Part shown: piece after piece, positions 45,859-47,455 of the stretch
Layout of the letters: the number at the start of each line of letters is the position of its first letter
Position numbering within the stretch: position 1 is the first letter of the stretch
Assembly: GCA_002707325.1 (NCBI GenBank)
Contig: PAMO01000028.1
Location: forward strand, 1 to 47,455
DNA: 47,455 bases
Direction of reading: 5' to 3'
Source: Gammaproteobacteria bacterium
GTDB taxonomy: Bacteria > Pseudomonadota > Gammaproteobacteria > Pseudomonadales > Azotimanducaceae
The notes under the pieces: model-generated
What the model was told of the DNA's origin: nothing
What the model saw: the letters and a program-made list of their open reading frames with translations, nothing else
Database searches by the model: none
Program-made: the position numbers and the translations under genes

Positions 45859-47403
45859 CTAAAAGTTAGCCTGTGCTTTATAAGCCTCTATGGCTTGACG
45901 CATTTTGGCCTCGATCTCATCACCATAATCGCCCGTTTCATTTATGTTCTGCATAAAATCCGCATGTTCCGAATTCATATACGACAAGAGGCCCTGCTCA
46001 AATTCTAGAACCTGATTAACCTCTATATCCTCAAGATATCCGGCGTTGGCAGCAAACAAGCTCACCCCCATATCCGCTACAGTCATCGGCGAATACTGCT
46101 TTTGCTTCATCAGTTCGGTAACCCTGCGGCCGTGCTCCAGTTGCCGGCGCGTAGCATCGTCAAGATCAGAAGCGAACTGCGAAAACGCAGCTAGCTCTCT
46201 ATATTGCGCCAAGGCCAACTTAATGCCCCCTGAAATCTTTTTCATAAAGGACACCTGGGCTGAGCCCCCAACTCTAGAGACCGATATGCCAGGGCTCATC
46301 GCGGGCCGCAACCCAGAATTAAAATTATCTGTCTCCAAAAAGATCTGGCCATCGGTAATCGAAATTACGTTGGTAGGCACAAAGGCTGAAACATCTCCCG
46401 CTTGTGTTTCAATTATGGGAAGAGCCGTTAACGAGCCACTTTGTCCCTTAACCGCTCCGCCGGTATGTTCCTCAACATAATCAGCATTTACACGGGCGGC
46501 ACGCTCCAAAAGCCTAGAGTGCAAATAAAAAACATCGCCGGGGTATGCTTCTCGTCCAGGGGGACGTTTTAATAGTAAGGATATTTGCCTATATGCCCAA
46601 GCCTGCTTGGTTAGGTCATCATAAATGATTAGAGCGTCTTCCCCGCTATCACGGAAGAACTCGCCCATGCTACATCCCGAATATGGGGCAATAAACTGCA
46701 TAGGGGCTGGGTCCGAGGCGCTTGCTGCCACAATGATCGTGTTGTCCAGCGCTCCATGCTCGTCAAGAGTGCGCACAATGGTAGCTATTGTTGACATCTT
46801 CTGCCCGATTGCCACATAAACGCACTTAATCCCACTGTCTTTTTGATTGATTATCGCGTCCACAGCAATCGCGGTCTTCCCAATCTGACGGTCGCCAATA
46901 ATCAACTCGCGTTGTCCACGGCCAATTGGCACCATCGAGTCAATACACTTTAGGCCAATTTGAACCGGCTGATCTACCGACTGCCGAGCAATTACGCCTG
47001 GTGCCACTTTTTCTATAGGAGAGGTCTCGCTAGCATTCAGAGGGCCCTTGCCATCTATAGGGTTTCCCAGCGAGTCAACAACCCGTCCAAGCAATTCTCT
47101 TCCAACAGGTACCTCTAAAATCCTACCGGTACAACGTGCCGTCATCCCCTCCGACAACCCTTCATAGTCACCTAAAACGACCACGCCGACTGAGTCCCTC
47201 TCTAGGTTCAGTGCCATCCCGTAAAGGCCTCCAGAAAATTCTATCATTTCCCCATATTGCGCATCGGCAAGCCCATGAATACGCACGATACCATCGGATA
47301 CGCCCACGATTGTTCCTTCGTTTTGCGCTTCCGACCGGACGTCCAGACCCTCTATCCGGTTGCGAATGATGTCGCTAATTTCAGAAGGGTTCAATTGTTC
47401 CAT
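45859..47403 (-). CDS. atpA: F0F1 ATP synthase subunit alpha
   Basis: 514 aa. Walker A GDRQIGKT and [21 protein letters not shown]. Confidence 0.97.
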   Translation of the reverse strand: MEQLNPSEISDIIRNRIEGLDVRSEAQNEGTIVGVSDGIVRIHGLADAQYGEMIEFSGGLYGMALNLERDSVGVVVLGDYEGLSEGMTARCTGRILEVPVGRELLGRVVDSLGNPIDGKGPLNASETSPIEKVAPGVIARQSVDQPVQIGLKCIDSMVPIGRGQRELIIGDRQIGKTAIAVDAIINQKDSGIKCVYVAIGQKMSTIATIVRTLDEHGALDNTIIVAASASDPAPMQFIAPYSGCSMGEFFRDSGEDALIIYDDLTKQAWAYRQISLLLKRPPGREAYPGDVFYLHSRLLERAARVNADYVEEHTGGAVKGQSGSLTALPIIETQAGDVSAFVPTNVISITDGQIFLETDNFNSGLRPAMSPGISVSRVGGSAQVSFMKKISGGIKLALAQYRELAAFSQFASDLDDATRRQLEHGRRVTELMKQKQYSPMTVADMGVSLFAANAGYLEDIEVNQVLEFEQGLLSYMNSEHADFMQNINETGDYGDEIEAKMRQAIEAYKAQANF

Positions 47404-47417
47404 TTCGAATTCCTCTA

Positions 47418-47455
47418 TCAGTTACGCGCCACGGCGCCCGGAATTAATTCCTTTG
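47418..47455 (-). CDS. atpH: 3' end of ATP synthase subunit delta (partial at window edge; frame and stop not resolved)
   Basis: Inferred only from atpH-atpA operon order. Two minus-strand frames are open to the window edge, with stops at 47418-47420 or 47422-47424. Too few residues are available to choose between them. Confidence 0.35.
   Translation of the reverse strand, partial: KELIPGAVARN

Overview
This window looks like a gammaproteobacterial chromosome segment with gene order very close to the Pseudomonas origin-proximal region. All homology calls below come from reading the translations and motifs by eye; no database search was run.

Four blocks are visible:

1. **Bases 1-435:** a very AT-rich fragment of a sigma-54 activator. 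It is fused abruptly to a truncated rpmB, so this is either a breakpoint or an assembly chimera.
2. **About 0.44-21.2 kb:** a conserved housekeeping block containing coaBC, algC-type PMM/PGM, argB, slmA, pyrE, rph, gmk, rpoZ, spoT, ridA, recG, a DAACS symporter, an untracked 55-aa rubredoxin, ubiA, a TRAP transporter with an amidohydrolase, and uvrD.
3. **About 21.2-35.3 kb:** an accessory redox and catabolic block. It holds a Rieske oxygenase with a PQQ quinohemoprotein, an acyltransferase, an MGMT-like protein, a VOC protein, an FG-GAP lipoprotein, GFA, a periplasmic MsrA-Trx-MsrB fusion, an LLM oxidoreductase, a MerC-like protein and a class II aldolase.
4. **About 39.7-47.5 kb:** the conserved atpHAGDC-glmU-glmS block on the minus strand.

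The most unusual feature lies between blocks 3 and 4. It is a roughly 4.4 kb, strongly AT-rich island (about 35.3-39.7 kb) that starts 9 bp after the glmS stop codon, the classic attTn7-type hotspot. It carries no transposase or integrase. It encodes six tightly packed genes of unknown function: a lipoprotein, a zinc-ribbon membrane protein, a 66-aa protein, two long coiled-coil proteins and a secreted protein. Several of them have ATGA stop/start overlaps. This island is my best candidate for an undescribed system.

No rRNA, tRNA, CRISPR array or recognisable IS/transposon was seen.
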